A DNA stretch of 64,000 nt, from positions 16,863 through 80,862 of the forward strand of contig CAZSWP010000014.1 of the NCBI GenBank assembly GCA_964610875.1. Reading direction: 5' to 3'. The notes under the pieces were generated by a model. The model did no database searches and was not told where the DNA came from. It saw only the letters and a list, made by a program, of their open reading frames with translations. Each line of letters opens with the position of its first letter. Positions within the stretch are counted from its first letter, which is position 1. Positions 29,264 through 39,040 of the stretch are shown here, in pieces. The stretch comes from an uncultured archaeon (GTDB taxonomy: Archaea > Asgardarchaeota > Thorarchaeia > Thorarchaeales > Thorarchaeaceae). A program made the translations under genes and the position numbers.

Positions 29264-31231
29264 ATGGATAGACGAAGAACCGGTGGAATATTGTTCATTC
29301 TTGTTGTTGTTATATCGAGTACATTTGCATTGCTATATTTCATGCAACCTGAAAATGGTACTAGTGGAATAGATGACACAGAGATCGAATTAAGCCCCCT
29401 AAACAAGTTGAATTGGTGGGAAGTAGCTTGGGAGTTGTCTGAATCCCCAGTAGCAAATGGTCTAATATCAAAACTTGCAGGTTTTGCTTCACGGTTTGAT
29501 GGAGAACCCGGTTTCTACGAGGCTGCTAATTATCTATTCGGATTATTTGAAGATTTTTCATTACCTGTATCATTCAAAGGCAAACACGATTCTGTGGTTG
29601 CTTATCAGGAAGGTTATGGGACAGATAATCGTGCATTAGTATTTGGGGCACACCTTGATTCTGCTCTTCTTGGTCAATTCACTGGGAACATGGGAGTGAA
29701 CAACAATGCTGCTGGCTGTGGTGTCGTGATGATGATTGCTGATATTCTTTCTCAATACCGGTTGCCAATAGACATCTACTATTGTTTCTTTGCGGGGAAC
29801 TTAGAAATTCTGGATCCCAATGCCCCCATCCAAATGTTCTATGGGGCTGAAGAGGTAGCAAACATTCTGAATGAAACAGGCGTTGATGTAATTGCTAGTT
29901 ATAATTTTGATGAATTACTCTATTATGACCCTGAGCAAGGAGAACAAGACCGACTCATTGTGGAATACAAACAAGGTGTCTATTCGAGAACAAAGTATCT
30001 GGCAGACCTTCTTGAAGCCTTCATGAAAAGTCTTGGTAGTGATATTCTGACATCTGTTCTTAATTCACAACGAAAAGCCGATCATCAGAAGTTCTGGTCA
30101 AAGGGATATCCTGCTGTTCATATCACAAGTGGCCATAAGATTCCCATAGGTTATGAAGATACTGACAGATTGAATAACCCTGACTGGAATTATACGCAAG
30201 CTTTCATGATTGCCAGAGCGGCTGCTGCAACTGGAGTCTATTTAGCTTTAAGTGGAGATGGGCATGATATTGATTATAAGATGGATTCCATTATCACTGG
30301 TCTTCAAACGCAGAGGATTGTAATACCCTTGACTCATATCCAGTCTGTCCAAATTTCTGGTAGTATTGAAACAGATCGAAATGTTGTTCTCAACTTTGGT
30401 AACACTTCTCTAGTATTTGAGTCCGAACAAGTGTCAGCCAACTTCACAACTAGCTTTGAAATCACAAACAGAGGTCTGTTTGAACTTGCAATTGAAAATC
30501 CAATTAATGAGTCAATTTCTGTCAAGATTCATCTAAAATACAGCAATGATATGGATGGTGATGGGGTTTCTGATGCAGATCAGTACTCATGGCCAGAGCC
30601 GGACCCACCATTAGATTGGGACAGTGATGGCTTACCTGATAAGTTAGAGAGATATCTGGGTACAGATGTATTTCACAAAGATACTGATAGAGATGAAATC
30701 TGGGACGGCATAGAGGTAGACAATAACCTCGATCCTCTTCGCAATGACCTTCAAGAGGACCCAGATGAGGATAAGGTCGTAAACGAGAAGGAAATCTTCT
30801 ACGGCACGGACCCATTCAATAGCGATACTGACAATGATGGGATGGATGATGGATGGGAGATCCAATATCACACTAATCCAACCGTTAATGATGCTACTGA
30901 TGACCCCGATAATGATACGCTGACAAACATAGAAGAGTACGAATACGGATCAGACCCTATGTCCGCAGATGGTGATAACGACGGACTGCCTGATGTGTAT
31001 GAGGTAGAAATCGGTACAGATCCCCTATCTAAGGACTCCGACCAAGATGGTTTGGAGGACCGTCTTGAACTACTAGAAGGTTTGGATCCGCTAAATCCTG
31101 ATTATGATGTTGATATGGCTGAAGATGGTGATGATGCTAACCCACGAATCAGTGTGTTGGTTGTTCTGGGCCTTATGATTACACTTCCCGTTGGTTTTGG
31201 ATTTGTATATTTCAGAAAACGTGTGGTTTAG
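29264..31231 (+). CDS. Membrane-anchored M28-peptidase-like protein with Ca-binding DxDxDG (TSP3-like) repeats
   Basis: N-terminal TM, GAHLDS, ADH, tandem D(S/T)DxDG..D..E...GTDP repeats, C-terminal TM followed by RKR. Confidence 0.82.
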   Translation: MDRRRTGGILFILVVVISSTFALLYFMQPENGTSGIDDTEIELSPLNKLNWWEVAWELSESPVANGLISKLAGFASRFDGEPGFYEAANYLFGLFEDFSLPVSFKGKHDSVVAYQEGYGTDNRALVFGAHLDSALLGQFTGNMGVNNNAAGCGVVMMIADILSQYRLPIDIYYCFFAGNLEILDPNAPIQMFYGAEEVANILNETGVDVIASYNFDELLYYDPEQGEQDRLIVEYKQGVYSRTKYLADLLEAFMKSLGSDILTSVLNSQRKADHQKFWSKGYPAVHITSGHKIPIGYEDTDRLNNPDWNYTQAFMIARAAAATGVYLALSGDGHDIDYKMDSIITGLQTQRIVIPLTHIQSVQISGSIETDRNVVLNFGNTSLVFESEQVSANFTTSFEITNRGLFELAIENPINESISVKIHLKYSNDMDGDGVSDADQYSWPEPDPPLDWDSDGLPDKLERYLGTDVFHKDTDRDEIWDGIEVDNNLDPLRNDLQEDPDEDKVVNEKEIFYGTDPFNSDTDNDGMDDGWEIQYHTNPTVNDATDDPDNDTLTNIEEYEYGSDPMSADGDNDGLPDVYEVEIGTDPLSKDSDQDGLEDRLELLEGLDPLNPDYDVDMAEDGDDANPRISVLVVLGLMITLPVGFGFVYFRKRVV

Positions 31232-31273
31232 ACTCTCACAACAGTAAATATAGAATTGAAAAAGAAGTGGGAT

Positions 31274-31305
31274 TGGAAAACAAAGCTTTCAGGCAATGTT
31301 TTCCA
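31274..31305. terminator. Hairpin between convergent genes
   Basis: TGGAAAACA / TGTTTTCCA perfect 9-bp inverted repeat. Confidence 0.45.
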
Positions 31306-31314
31306 TTATCTAAT

Positions 31315-32724
31315 CTATGTCTTAGGTGCTTTTGGTATGTAACCTTTCTCATAGAGAATCTCTGAAGACTTGCGAGCAGTTCTAATGATGTCCTCTGCAT
31401 GCTTATAGAGGTCTTTCTCATCCCACTCTACTCTTGCAATGCCTTGTTCAATGGCCTTCATACCGACAGCAGTGGCTTCTAATGGGTAAAGATCCCATTG
31501 GTCCATTGTTGGAATGACTTTCTTCTCACTTACTTCCTTTGCACCAAGGTCTGCTAGTGCTTGGGCTGCTGCAACACACATCTCATCAGTAATGGTGTGA
31601 GCACGCACATCCAGAGTGCCTCTGAAGATACCTGGGAAGCCAAGTGAATTGTTGATTTGATTATCAAAGTCACTTCGTCCTGTTCCGACTATTCTGGCAC
31701 CTGCATCCTTTGCATCCCATGGCCAAATCTCAGGTAGTGGGTTTGCGCAGGCATAAACTATTGCATCGTCAGCCATCTTTGAAATCCATTCTTTCTTGAC
31801 AGTTCCTGGAACTGGTCGTGAGGCTGTTATCAACACATCCATTCCTTCAATAACATCACCAAGGTTTCCAGTCATTCTGTCTGGATTGGTCTTCTGTGCA
31901 AGGTCATACTTGAACGTGTCATAGTCTTTCTCTTCGACGATATCCTCACGATCTGCGTAGATTGCACCTTTACTATCAACCATGACAGTGTTTTTCGGGT
32001 CCACACCTGCTGCAAAGAGCAAGTAAGCAGTCCTTGTATTTGCTGCTCCTACTCCGAGGAGTGCAACCTTGATATTCTCTATGTCCTTCTTCACAACATT
32101 GAGACCGCCAAGTACTCCTGCCAGAACAACTGTACCAGTACCCTGTGCATCATCGTGCCAGACGGGAATCTTGACCTCTGGGTCATTCCTTAGTTTTTCA
32201 AGAACATCGTAACACTTGGGTTTTGAGATGTCTTCAAGGTTAATACCACCAAAACTGGGTTGTAGTAATTTCACAGTCTTGATGATTTCGTCTGCATCCT
32301 TTGTGTCCAAACATATTGGCCAAGCGTCAACGCCTCCAAGATATTTGAACAGAATTGCTTTTCCTTCCATAACGGGGCCTGCTGCATATGGACCAATGTC
32401 ACCAAGTCCGAGAACTCGAGTGCCATCACTTACGACAGCTACCATGTTACCTCTGTTCAGCATTTCGTAGGAGGCTTCTTGATCTTCCTTTATTGCCAAG
32501 CAAGCTTTAGCAACTCCTGGAGTATACCAGATTGCAAAGTCTGAGAAATCACGTACGGGTGCTTTTCCTATAGATTGAATCTTCCCCTTATAGAATGGAT
32601 GAAGAATCATAGCATCCTTACCTGGCTTCTCTGCTTTCTTCTTAAGTTCTTCAATTGTCTTCTCGTCAGAAGTCAAAGTATTTGCCCCTTGTATTATACT
32701 AGCCAGCTTAAGTGGGCCAGACAA
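31315..32724 (-). CDS. NAD(P)-dependent malic enzyme
   Basis: WYTPGVA, VSDGTRVLGLGDIG, VMEGKAILFK, GGINLEDI, HDDAQGT, ANPLPEIWP, TGRSDFDNQINNSLGFPGIFRG. Confidence 0.96.
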   Translation of the reverse strand: MSGPLKLASIIQGANTLTSDEKTIEELKKKAEKPGKDAMILHPFYKGKIQSIGKAPVRDFSDFAIWYTPGVAKACLAIKEDQEASYEMLNRGNMVAVVSDGTRVLGLGDIGPYAAGPVMEGKAILFKYLGGVDAWPICLDTKDADEIIKTVKLLQPSFGGINLEDISKPKCYDVLEKLRNDPEVKIPVWHDDAQGTGTVVLAGVLGGLNVVKKDIENIKVALLGVGAANTRTAYLLFAAGVDPKNTVMVDSKGAIYADREDIVEEKDYDTFKYDLAQKTNPDRMTGNLGDVIEGMDVLITASRPVPGTVKKEWISKMADDAIVYACANPLPEIWPWDAKDAGARIVGTGRSDFDNQINNSLGFPGIFRGTLDVRAHTITDEMCVAAAQALADLGAKEVSEKKVIPTMDQWDLYPLEATAVGMKAIEQGIARVEWDEKDLYKHAEDIIRTARKSSEILYEKGYIPKAPKT

Positions 32725-32891
32725 GAACGAGCTGAAAATAGGCCTATATTAAAGACTATCCATAGGGAATATTCGCTCAGAGAATGGTAAAATCGATTCT
32801 CGTCAAGTAACACTTCTAAATTCAAAATGTGTGGGACGCAATTCATAGACACATGGGAATCATCAAATGAAAAGATTCTGAGTGTATCCTT

Positions 32892-33620
32892 ATGGACGAT
32901 AATATCGGCGAAAGATTTCATGCTATGACAAAATATGCTCGAGGAAACTTACCGAGGCATATGCTTGACTGGGACAAGAAACCATCAGTTTACAAGGAAT
33001 ACAATGACGTGCCCAAAATACCTCTCCCCAAACCTAATGTGACTGGTGGAGGTGCCTTATGGGAAATTATTGAAAGAAGGAGAAGTGTTCGTGCATATGC
33101 TGAGATTCCTATCTCACTAGAACAAGTTTCCCAATTACTTTGGGCTACACAGGGTATTACAGGGCGGGTTGGTGGATATGAGCTTCGCGCTGCACCATCA
33201 GCAGGAGCTCTTTATCCAATCGAGACCTACCTGTCTGTACACAAGGTTACAGGAATTGAACAAGGTCTCTACCACTATACTCCGTCATCTCATTATTTAG
33301 ACCAGCTCAAGAAGGGTGATTATTCGACAACAGTTGCATCTAGTGCACTTGACCAACAAATGGCCAAGAAAGCCCCACTCGTCTTTATCTGGAGTGCTGT
33401 TTTCCCTAGGTCAAAATGGAAATATCTGCAGCGTGCCTATCGCTATGTATTCTTGGATGCAGGTCATATTGCACAAAATCTAGCACTTGCTTCAGAATCA
33501 TTGGGGCTAAGTAGCTGTCAGATTGCTGCAATCTATGATAATGAAATGAATGTATTGCTTGACATAGACGGTGAATCTGAGAGTGTCATCTATCTTAGTG
33601 TAGTAGGTAAATCGCGATGA
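32892..33620 (+). CDS. SagB/ThcOx-type nitroreductase-family FMN dehydrogenase
   Basis: RRRSVRAY, LLWATQGIT, RAAPSAGALYPIE, KYLQRAYRYVFLDAGHIAQN. Confidence 0.92.
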   Translation: MDDNIGERFHAMTKYARGNLPRHMLDWDKKPSVYKEYNDVPKIPLPKPNVTGGGALWEIIERRRSVRAYAEIPISLEQVSQLLWATQGITGRVGGYELRAAPSAGALYPIETYLSVHKVTGIEQGLYHYTPSSHYLDQLKKGDYSTTVASSALDQQMAKKAPLVFIWSAVFPRSKWKYLQRAYRYVFLDAGHIAQNLALASESLGLSSCQIAAIYDNEMNVLLDIDGESESVIYLSVVGKSR

Positions 33621-33633
33621 CAAAATGTATGAC

Positions 33634-34116
33634 CTATATCTTCAAGCCCCAGAATTCAACTATCTGTTCTGCGTGTTTACTAGATTTGACTTTTTCAACG
33701 CCCTTTGAACCACCAAACACTCCCTCGATTTTTCCCTCCTCATCAATAAGGAATGTTATCCGTTTGACTCCAAGAAGTTCTTTTCCCAGTAATTTGATTG
33801 GTTTGTAAACTCCATATAGCTTTGCAATTTCATTGTCCTCGTCAACCAGTAATGGGAAATTCAGATCGTATTTCTCTTTGAACTTCTGATGCGACTCTGC
33901 ATTTCCTCCAGATATTCCAAACACAGGGACTCCTGCATCTTCGAATACATCATAGCTATCTCTTATCGAGCATGCCTCAGCTGTGCATCCTGGAGTGAAA
34001 TCCTTTGGATAGAAGTAGAGTACTATTCTCTTACCTCTATGTTCACTCAATCTAAACTTGTTTCCAGACTCATCAACTGTAGTGAAATCTGGTGCTATAT
34101 CTCCTTCATCTAACAT
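33634..34116 (-). CDS. bcp: Peroxiredoxin, BCP/PrxQ family
   Basis: YFYPKDFTPGCTAEAC, RITFLIDEEG. Confidence 0.93.
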   Translation of the reverse strand: MLDEGDIAPDFTTVDESGNKFRLSEHRGKRIVLYFYPKDFTPGCTAEACSIRDSYDVFEDAGVPVFGISGGNAESHQKFKEKYDLNFPLLVDEDNEIAKLYGVYKPIKLLGKELLGVKRITFLIDEEGKIEGVFGGSKGVEKVKSSKHAEQIVEFWGLKI

Positions 34117-34157
34117 AATTCTTCACCATTCCCACTTCTTGGAATTATTTTAATCTA

Positions 34158-34640
34158 CTATATTTTGAGGTCCCAATATTTTATGACTTGATCAGCGTGT
34201 TCCTTGGTCTTTACTTTCTCTATGCCTTCAGGTCCACCAAAAATTCCCTCAATTTTCCCATCTTCATCAATGAGAAAAGTAGTTCTTTCAATACCCATGT
34301 ACTCTTTTCCGTACATTTTCTTCTTTTTGTAAACTCCATAGAGCTTTGCTATTTCAAACTCCTCATCCATTAGCAGAGGGAACGGTAGATTGTATTTATT
34401 CTTGAAGTTCTGGTGTGATTTTTCACTGCCGGCTGATATTCCGAATACCGGAATATCATTAGATGTGAAAGCATCCCAGGAGTCTCGTATTGAGCAAGCT
34501 TCTGCTGTGCAACCTGTTGTATTATCCTTTGGATAGAAATAAACCATGACCTTCTTTCCTCGGTGGTCACTCAGTTTGAATTTATCTCCATTTTCTGTGG
34601 TTGTTTCAAAATTAGGTGCTTTATCTCCCTTTTTTAGCAT
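34158..34640 (-). CDS. bcp: Peroxiredoxin, BCP/PrxQ family (tandem paralog)
   Basis: YFYPKDNTTGCTAEAC, KKMYGKEYMGIERTTFLID. Confidence 0.93.
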   Translation of the reverse strand: MLKKGDKAPNFETTTENGDKFKLSDHRGKKVMVYFYPKDNTTGCTAEACSIRDSWDAFTSNDIPVFGISAGSEKSHQNFKNKYNLPFPLLMDEEFEIAKLYGVYKKKKMYGKEYMGIERTTFLIDEDGKIEGIFGGPEGIEKVKTKEHADQVIKYWDLKI

Positions 34641-34773
34641 TTGATTAACTCCACCAATTCACTATTGTTAATGAGAGTCTGTATATCCCTATTAAACCTT
34701 TTGAAAGATGAAAGTACTACTAAGCAATCCTTAAAGAGAAGAGATATTGTTGAAGGTTCAAGGAGATTGATGC

Positions 34774-35778
34774 ATGTCGGAGGAAATAGTACAGAACAAA
34801 CCATTGGCGAAATACATCTCAATGTTGTTCTCTTTGTTTATTCTTTATCCTATTGGATTTTATCTGATATTACCTTGGTATGGAACGATGAATTGGCCAT
34901 TTCTGATTATAGATTTCATTGTTATTCCTTTGTTCCTGATTTTTTCTAGTTTTTTCATAGGTTGGATTATGAAAAAGAATGCAATAGATTACAAAAGACC
35001 AAAGTGGGATTTTAAGACCAAGTCATTCTCCCTTGATGAGATTAAAACGAGCCTAAAGGGTTCGACAAATGGGAATTCTAGAGTTGAAGCAAAACCACAT
35101 TTCTGGTTTTTCTTTACTCCAATTGTAGTGTCATTATTTCTATTATCTATAGCTCTCTATAGCATGTTAGTTAGCTGGTTTCCTCTTGACTTCCTATTAT
35201 TTGTTCTAGTAACCAGTTACTTACTTCTACACAGTTTTTCATTTTGGAGCGCGTGGCGCGCAACATCAAATAATGCTACTGATGATTTCATTAAACTGCT
35301 AATTACCGAGAATCTTCAACTGGCAAAAACGCAATCACGACTTCCAGGTGTTTCCGATATCAAATTACTCATTGAAACTGCGGATGAAAAGGGCTATTCA
35401 GTATTTCGTAATCCGAGAGTGTTATTCCGAGTTAATGGATTGGAAAAATCGAGTTATGTAGAATCCCGGACTGACGAGCTGGGTTCAATTATCCGATTAC
35501 GCGCAGGTCTACTCGACAACCAGAATCGTCCACTAGTGGAATGGTTCTGGCACTCCCGTGATAGATTCTTCAGAAAAGAAAACCGGTTGAACAATGACTC
35601 ATATTATGTTGAGAACCCTGTACCAATGACTGCATCGGAGCTTGGAGTGAAGGATGTTCATCTAGTTACCATGAATGCAATAGCTTTGGTCATCTTAGAA
35701 TATGGGAAAATACATGAGGACTGGACCTATGGTACTGAGATATTGGAAAAAATGGGTATTGCTCAAGCTATACCTTAG
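34774..35778 (+). CDS. Hypothetical membrane protein (about 4 TM plus soluble C-domain), paralog 1
   Basis: Two hydrophobic hairpins joined by an IDYKRPKW linker; soluble C-terminal half. Confidence 0.75.
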   Translation: MSEEIVQNKPLAKYISMLFSLFILYPIGFYLILPWYGTMNWPFLIIDFIVIPLFLIFSSFFIGWIMKKNAIDYKRPKWDFKTKSFSLDEIKTSLKGSTNGNSRVEAKPHFWFFFTPIVVSLFLLSIALYSMLVSWFPLDFLLFVLVTSYLLLHSFSFWSAWRATSNNATDDFIKLLITENLQLAKTQSRLPGVSDIKLLIETADEKGYSVFRNPRVLFRVNGLEKSSYVESRTDELGSIIRLRAGLLDNQNRPLVEWFWHSRDRFFRKENRLNNDSYYVENPVPMTASELGVKDVHLVTMNAIALVILEYGKIHEDWTYGTEILEKMGIAQAIP

Positions 35779-35799
35779 TTTTCAGGGAAGCGGTTCTCA

Positions 35800-36705
35800 G
35801 TGACTTCAAAACAACCCTTTGTTGAAACACCTTGGTATCAGACCATGATTCTTTTCTTCATCTTGTTTTTTTGGGCAGTATTTAGTGGTTGGGTTGCTGA
35901 ATTCTCACTGACTTTTATTGTAACGGAACCAGTGACTTGGATTATATTGTCAACACTATATTTGCTCGGTCTAACTCTACAGATATTCTTCCTGACAAGA
36001 TGGATGAAGAGTAGTCTTCATTTTCCAGAACTCGAGTGGCAATACAAGAAAGCATACGTTGAATATGATGAGTATAAGAAAATGGCATCTGAATACCATA
36101 TTTCTTACTCCTTTGCCTTAGCACAAGGTCTACAAATTATGCCTCTGCTGGTTTCTCTTCTTATTGCAATTATCGCTATACTCCTTCCAGTTTATTGGGC
36201 AATGACTGTACCTTACCTCTTGGTCTCTTTACCAGGCATATTTGGCATAGAAGTGATGATCTTTTCGATATCGCTTAGTATTGCACTATACAGGATGATG
36301 CCCTCATCGCAAAAAAGCGGTTTCAGGGCAGCTAATCCGAAATTATTCGAGAAAGCAATGAAAATCTTCGAAGAGATTGACGATATCTCCTGGTATGGAA
36401 TAGAATGCCTGATTGGAGAATCAGGTGGATATTTCACTATACCTGAAGCAAGACCAGTAGGCAGAGTTAGTGGATTCGAGAGCGTGATTGGAATCATTCT
36501 CTATGTCGACGAAAGGGGAATTACTAGTAAAGTAGTAGGATGGGTTACAGAAACATCAAATCAAACTGATGAATTTAAGACGAAGATTGAAATATCCTCT
36601 CCAACTATAATAATGATTGAAGATCTTATTGATTCACTGATTGAACAATATCTTGATTCTCGGGAGCTTGATGTAGATACAAAGGAATTACTTGAAGAAT
36701 TCTGA
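35800..36705 (+). CDS. Hypothetical membrane protein, paralog 2
   Basis: Same layout; linker LHFPELEW..YDEYKKMASEY. Confidence 0.75.
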   Translation: MTSKQPFVETPWYQTMILFFILFFWAVFSGWVAEFSLTFIVTEPVTWIILSTLYLLGLTLQIFFLTRWMKSSLHFPELEWQYKKAYVEYDEYKKMASEYHISYSFALAQGLQIMPLLVSLLIAIIAILLPVYWAMTVPYLLVSLPGIFGIEVMIFSISLSIALYRMMPSSQKSGFRAANPKLFEKAMKIFEEIDDISWYGIECLIGESGGYFTIPEARPVGRVSGFESVIGIILYVDERGITSKVVGWVTETSNQTDEFKTKIEISSPTIIMIEDLIDSLIEQYLDSRELDVDTKELLEEF

Positions 36706-36788
36706 AGTTAAACTCCGCAATTGCTAATCCGATTACCTTATGATGTATTATGTGAATGTCATTTCGAAAGTTGTAGGATGATTTCAAG

Positions 36789-37763
36789 ATGTCTGAGGAG
36801 AACATTGTAAGTTATTCACGTCAAAGGATTGTAAATCGCATCTTCATTGTATTTGTAATTACTGTGATTATTGCTATATCCATCTGGATTTATCTCAGTG
36901 GATTAGAAGCATTTGAAGTCTTAATCTTCTCATTTTTCCTAATTCCTCTTGGTGTTCTATTAGTTTCAGCAATCTTGGGAGCTGCCTCAAAAAAGGGAAT
37001 TGACTATATTCCAGGAGAATGGGAAGAATCATCAAAATGGGTTGGTTTTTCTGAATATCGCGAGATTGCGAATAAGTATGAGGAAGCGTATGGTCATCTC
37101 TATGCCCATTCTGATTCAAGCTGCAATATTCTCTGTTTCCTCATCATTGCTCCCATGCTTGGTTTTGGCGTTCTTGCATATATCGAAATTGCTACTCCAC
37201 TCTTTTCTAAAATGATTGATACCCTCCTATTGACAGTAATCTACTATTGTCTCATTACAGTGCTTGGATTCCTTATGGGTTTCAGAATACCTACTATTGA
37301 CTCGGATGCATTTTTCAAAGCCCCAGCTTCTGGTGATGACTTTGAGTTTACTGAAGCTCTCAACTCAGTGAGTGGATTAAAAGCTGGTATGAATGTTAAA
37401 ATGGGTCGTAGATCTGGTGTTCAAACACTTATCGAAGCTGAACCGAAGATTTTCATCGAAGGTCTTCCAGATACTGTTACAATAAAGGTACAGGTTTCAC
37501 ATTCTGGATTTGCTTATCCCTATCTTGTAGGTACAATATACAAGGGTCCAAAAGTTCCTGATTTTGAGGAAGGATATGGGATAAGAACAAGATACCCTGC
37601 ATTGATTGAAACCTCAATGGATGGAGAGGTAGCTGTATTTGTAGCTCGGTTTGACATTCCAAAGAGAACAAGTAGTGTACCCAGTATCTCCGACCGTGAC
37701 TTCAGGAAATTAGCAAAATTACTCGTTGAGAGAATGAAAGAATCTTACAATAGAGGTGCTTGA
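36789..37763 (+). CDS. Hypothetical membrane protein, paralog 3
   Basis: Same layout; linker IDYIPGEW..FSEYREIANKY. Confidence 0.75.
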   Translation: MSEENIVSYSRQRIVNRIFIVFVITVIIAISIWIYLSGLEAFEVLIFSFFLIPLGVLLVSAILGAASKKGIDYIPGEWEESSKWVGFSEYREIANKYEEAYGHLYAHSDSSCNILCFLIIAPMLGFGVLAYIEIATPLFSKMIDTLLLTVIYYCLITVLGFLMGFRIPTIDSDAFFKAPASGDDFEFTEALNSVSGLKAGMNVKMGRRSGVQTLIEAEPKIFIEGLPDTVTIKVQVSHSGFAYPYLVGTIYKGPKVPDFEEGYGIRTRYPALIETSMDGEVAVFVARFDIPKRTSSVPSISDRDFRKLAKLLVERMKESYNRGA

Positions 37764-37840
37764 TGACAGACATCTTTAATTAGAGCGTCTTTTCCACAGG
37801 TCTTTAGTGGACTAATCTATACCACGGAGATGACATTCAA

Positions 37841-38155
37841 ATGGCTTCAAATTGGACAAATAAGTGGGTTCTGTTACTTCTTTTCGGATTATTAATCCAA
37901 ACGATTATCTATCCGGTGATTGCGTTTCTAAAACCTGTTGCTTTCGCAGGTCATCTATATTTCTATGACGTTTGCATCATTGCATTCATTTCGCTTATAA
38001 TCCAGTATTTTGGCTTTGGAATAATTATGTCTAAAACGAAGAATGAGGACCCTGAAATATATGGACAGGGAAGACCTTTCCAGCATAAGCTCCGTGAAGA
38101 GGACCATGAAGTTGCAGATCGTAAACCTACTCATGCTGATTCTCAGGAGAGCTGA
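37841..38155 (+). CDS. Small 2-TM membrane protein
   Basis: Two hydrophobic segments and a charged tail; ATG preceded by GGAG; 5 bp from the next ORF. Confidence 0.65.
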   Translation: MASNWTNKWVLLLLFGLLIQTIIYPVIAFLKPVAFAGHLYFYDVCIIAFISLIIQYFGFGIIMSKTKNEDPEIYGQGRPFQHKLREEDHEVADRKPTHADSQES

Positions 38156-38160
38156 TCTCA

Positions 38161-38997
38161 TTGACAGAAAGTACTAATGAACCTGGACCTATTATGAAAT
38201 TCATTCAGGACTATAGGATGAAAATGCTGATTCCTGAACTCTTGGTTGTCTTTGGTGTGTGGTATATGGCTCCTACATCGTTGACATCAAATATATATAC
38301 AGCATTCTTTGGTGATTTCAGTATAATATTACAACCTCTATTTTTCCTACCAAGTGGTATCCTTGCTTTTATGACGGCATTCACATTACATGGAATTTAC
38401 CCATTGGACAATTACCATGAGGGAAAGATTCCTCATCTACCTAGAGCTGCGTTGGTAATGATTATCGTATCATTCATTTTTCTACCTTGGCTCGTACTGA
38501 TGCAAATGATTGGCTATTACATGACTGAGGCTACAGAATATATTAGCAGAAATCCGTTCTGGGAAAGAGTGGAAAGTGTTGGTGATCTGTTGTTCTATGC
38601 AGGTCCAATGTTTTTTGTAGCGCTCCAGTGGTGGTTGCTTATTCCTGTATTCTTCCTAAGTCAGGGTGTTGATGGTATTCATAAGATTGCTCATCATGAA
38701 ACCTCTAGTGATAATATCACATGGGTATTCTATTCCTTGTGGCCAATATCTATTCCATTCTTCTTCTCTCCAGTAGAGATTCTGGCAATGGCTGCATTAT
38801 CCATACCTGCTTTTGCTTTCTATAGCTACATCAGACCGTACTACACATATGTCACAGCAATTCATACGGCAACTTTCGCTGTTCTTGTTTTAGTGAGCTT
38901 CATGTTAGCTCCCTACTTGCCTCTAGTGGATTTATGGTTCCCAGGATTCATTCCCGACCATATACCTGCTAGATTATTTCCTGGAATTTCATGGTAG
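38161..38997 (+). CDS. Polytopic membrane protein of unknown function
   Basis: About 7 hydrophobic segments; SD AGGAG before a TTG start. Confidence 0.7.
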   Translation: MTESTNEPGPIMKFIQDYRMKMLIPELLVVFGVWYMAPTSLTSNIYTAFFGDFSIILQPLFFLPSGILAFMTAFTLHGIYPLDNYHEGKIPHLPRAALVMIIVSFIFLPWLVLMQMIGYYMTEATEYISRNPFWERVESVGDLLFYAGPMFFVALQWWLLIPVFFLSQGVDGIHKIAHHETSSDNITWVFYSLWPISIPFFFSPVEILAMAALSIPAFAFYSYIRPYYTYVTAIHTATFAVLVLVSFMLAPYLPLVDLWFPGFIPDHIPARLFPGISW

Positions 38998-39007
38998 TAA
39001 TTAATTG

Positions 39008-39040
39008 GTGGATGGTTTCATCCCATCCACTTTTGTTTTA
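39008..39040 (+). terminator. Hairpin plus U-tract between convergent genes
   Basis: GTGGATGG / CCATCCAC perfect 8-bp stem followed by TTTTGTTTT. Confidence 0.55.

Noticed and set aside
29074-29406. N-terminal extension of the Fe-S oxidoreductase in the ORF track
   Set aside because: It overlaps the divergent M28 gene and promoter region; homology begins at MSYDKC (29073).
32892-33620. SagB dehydrogenase as part of a TOMM/azole RiPP cluster acting on the Cys/Ser tail
   Set aside because: No YcaO or E1-like gene is in the window, it lies about 25 kb from the tail gene, and stand-alone SagB-like nitroreductases are common in archaea.
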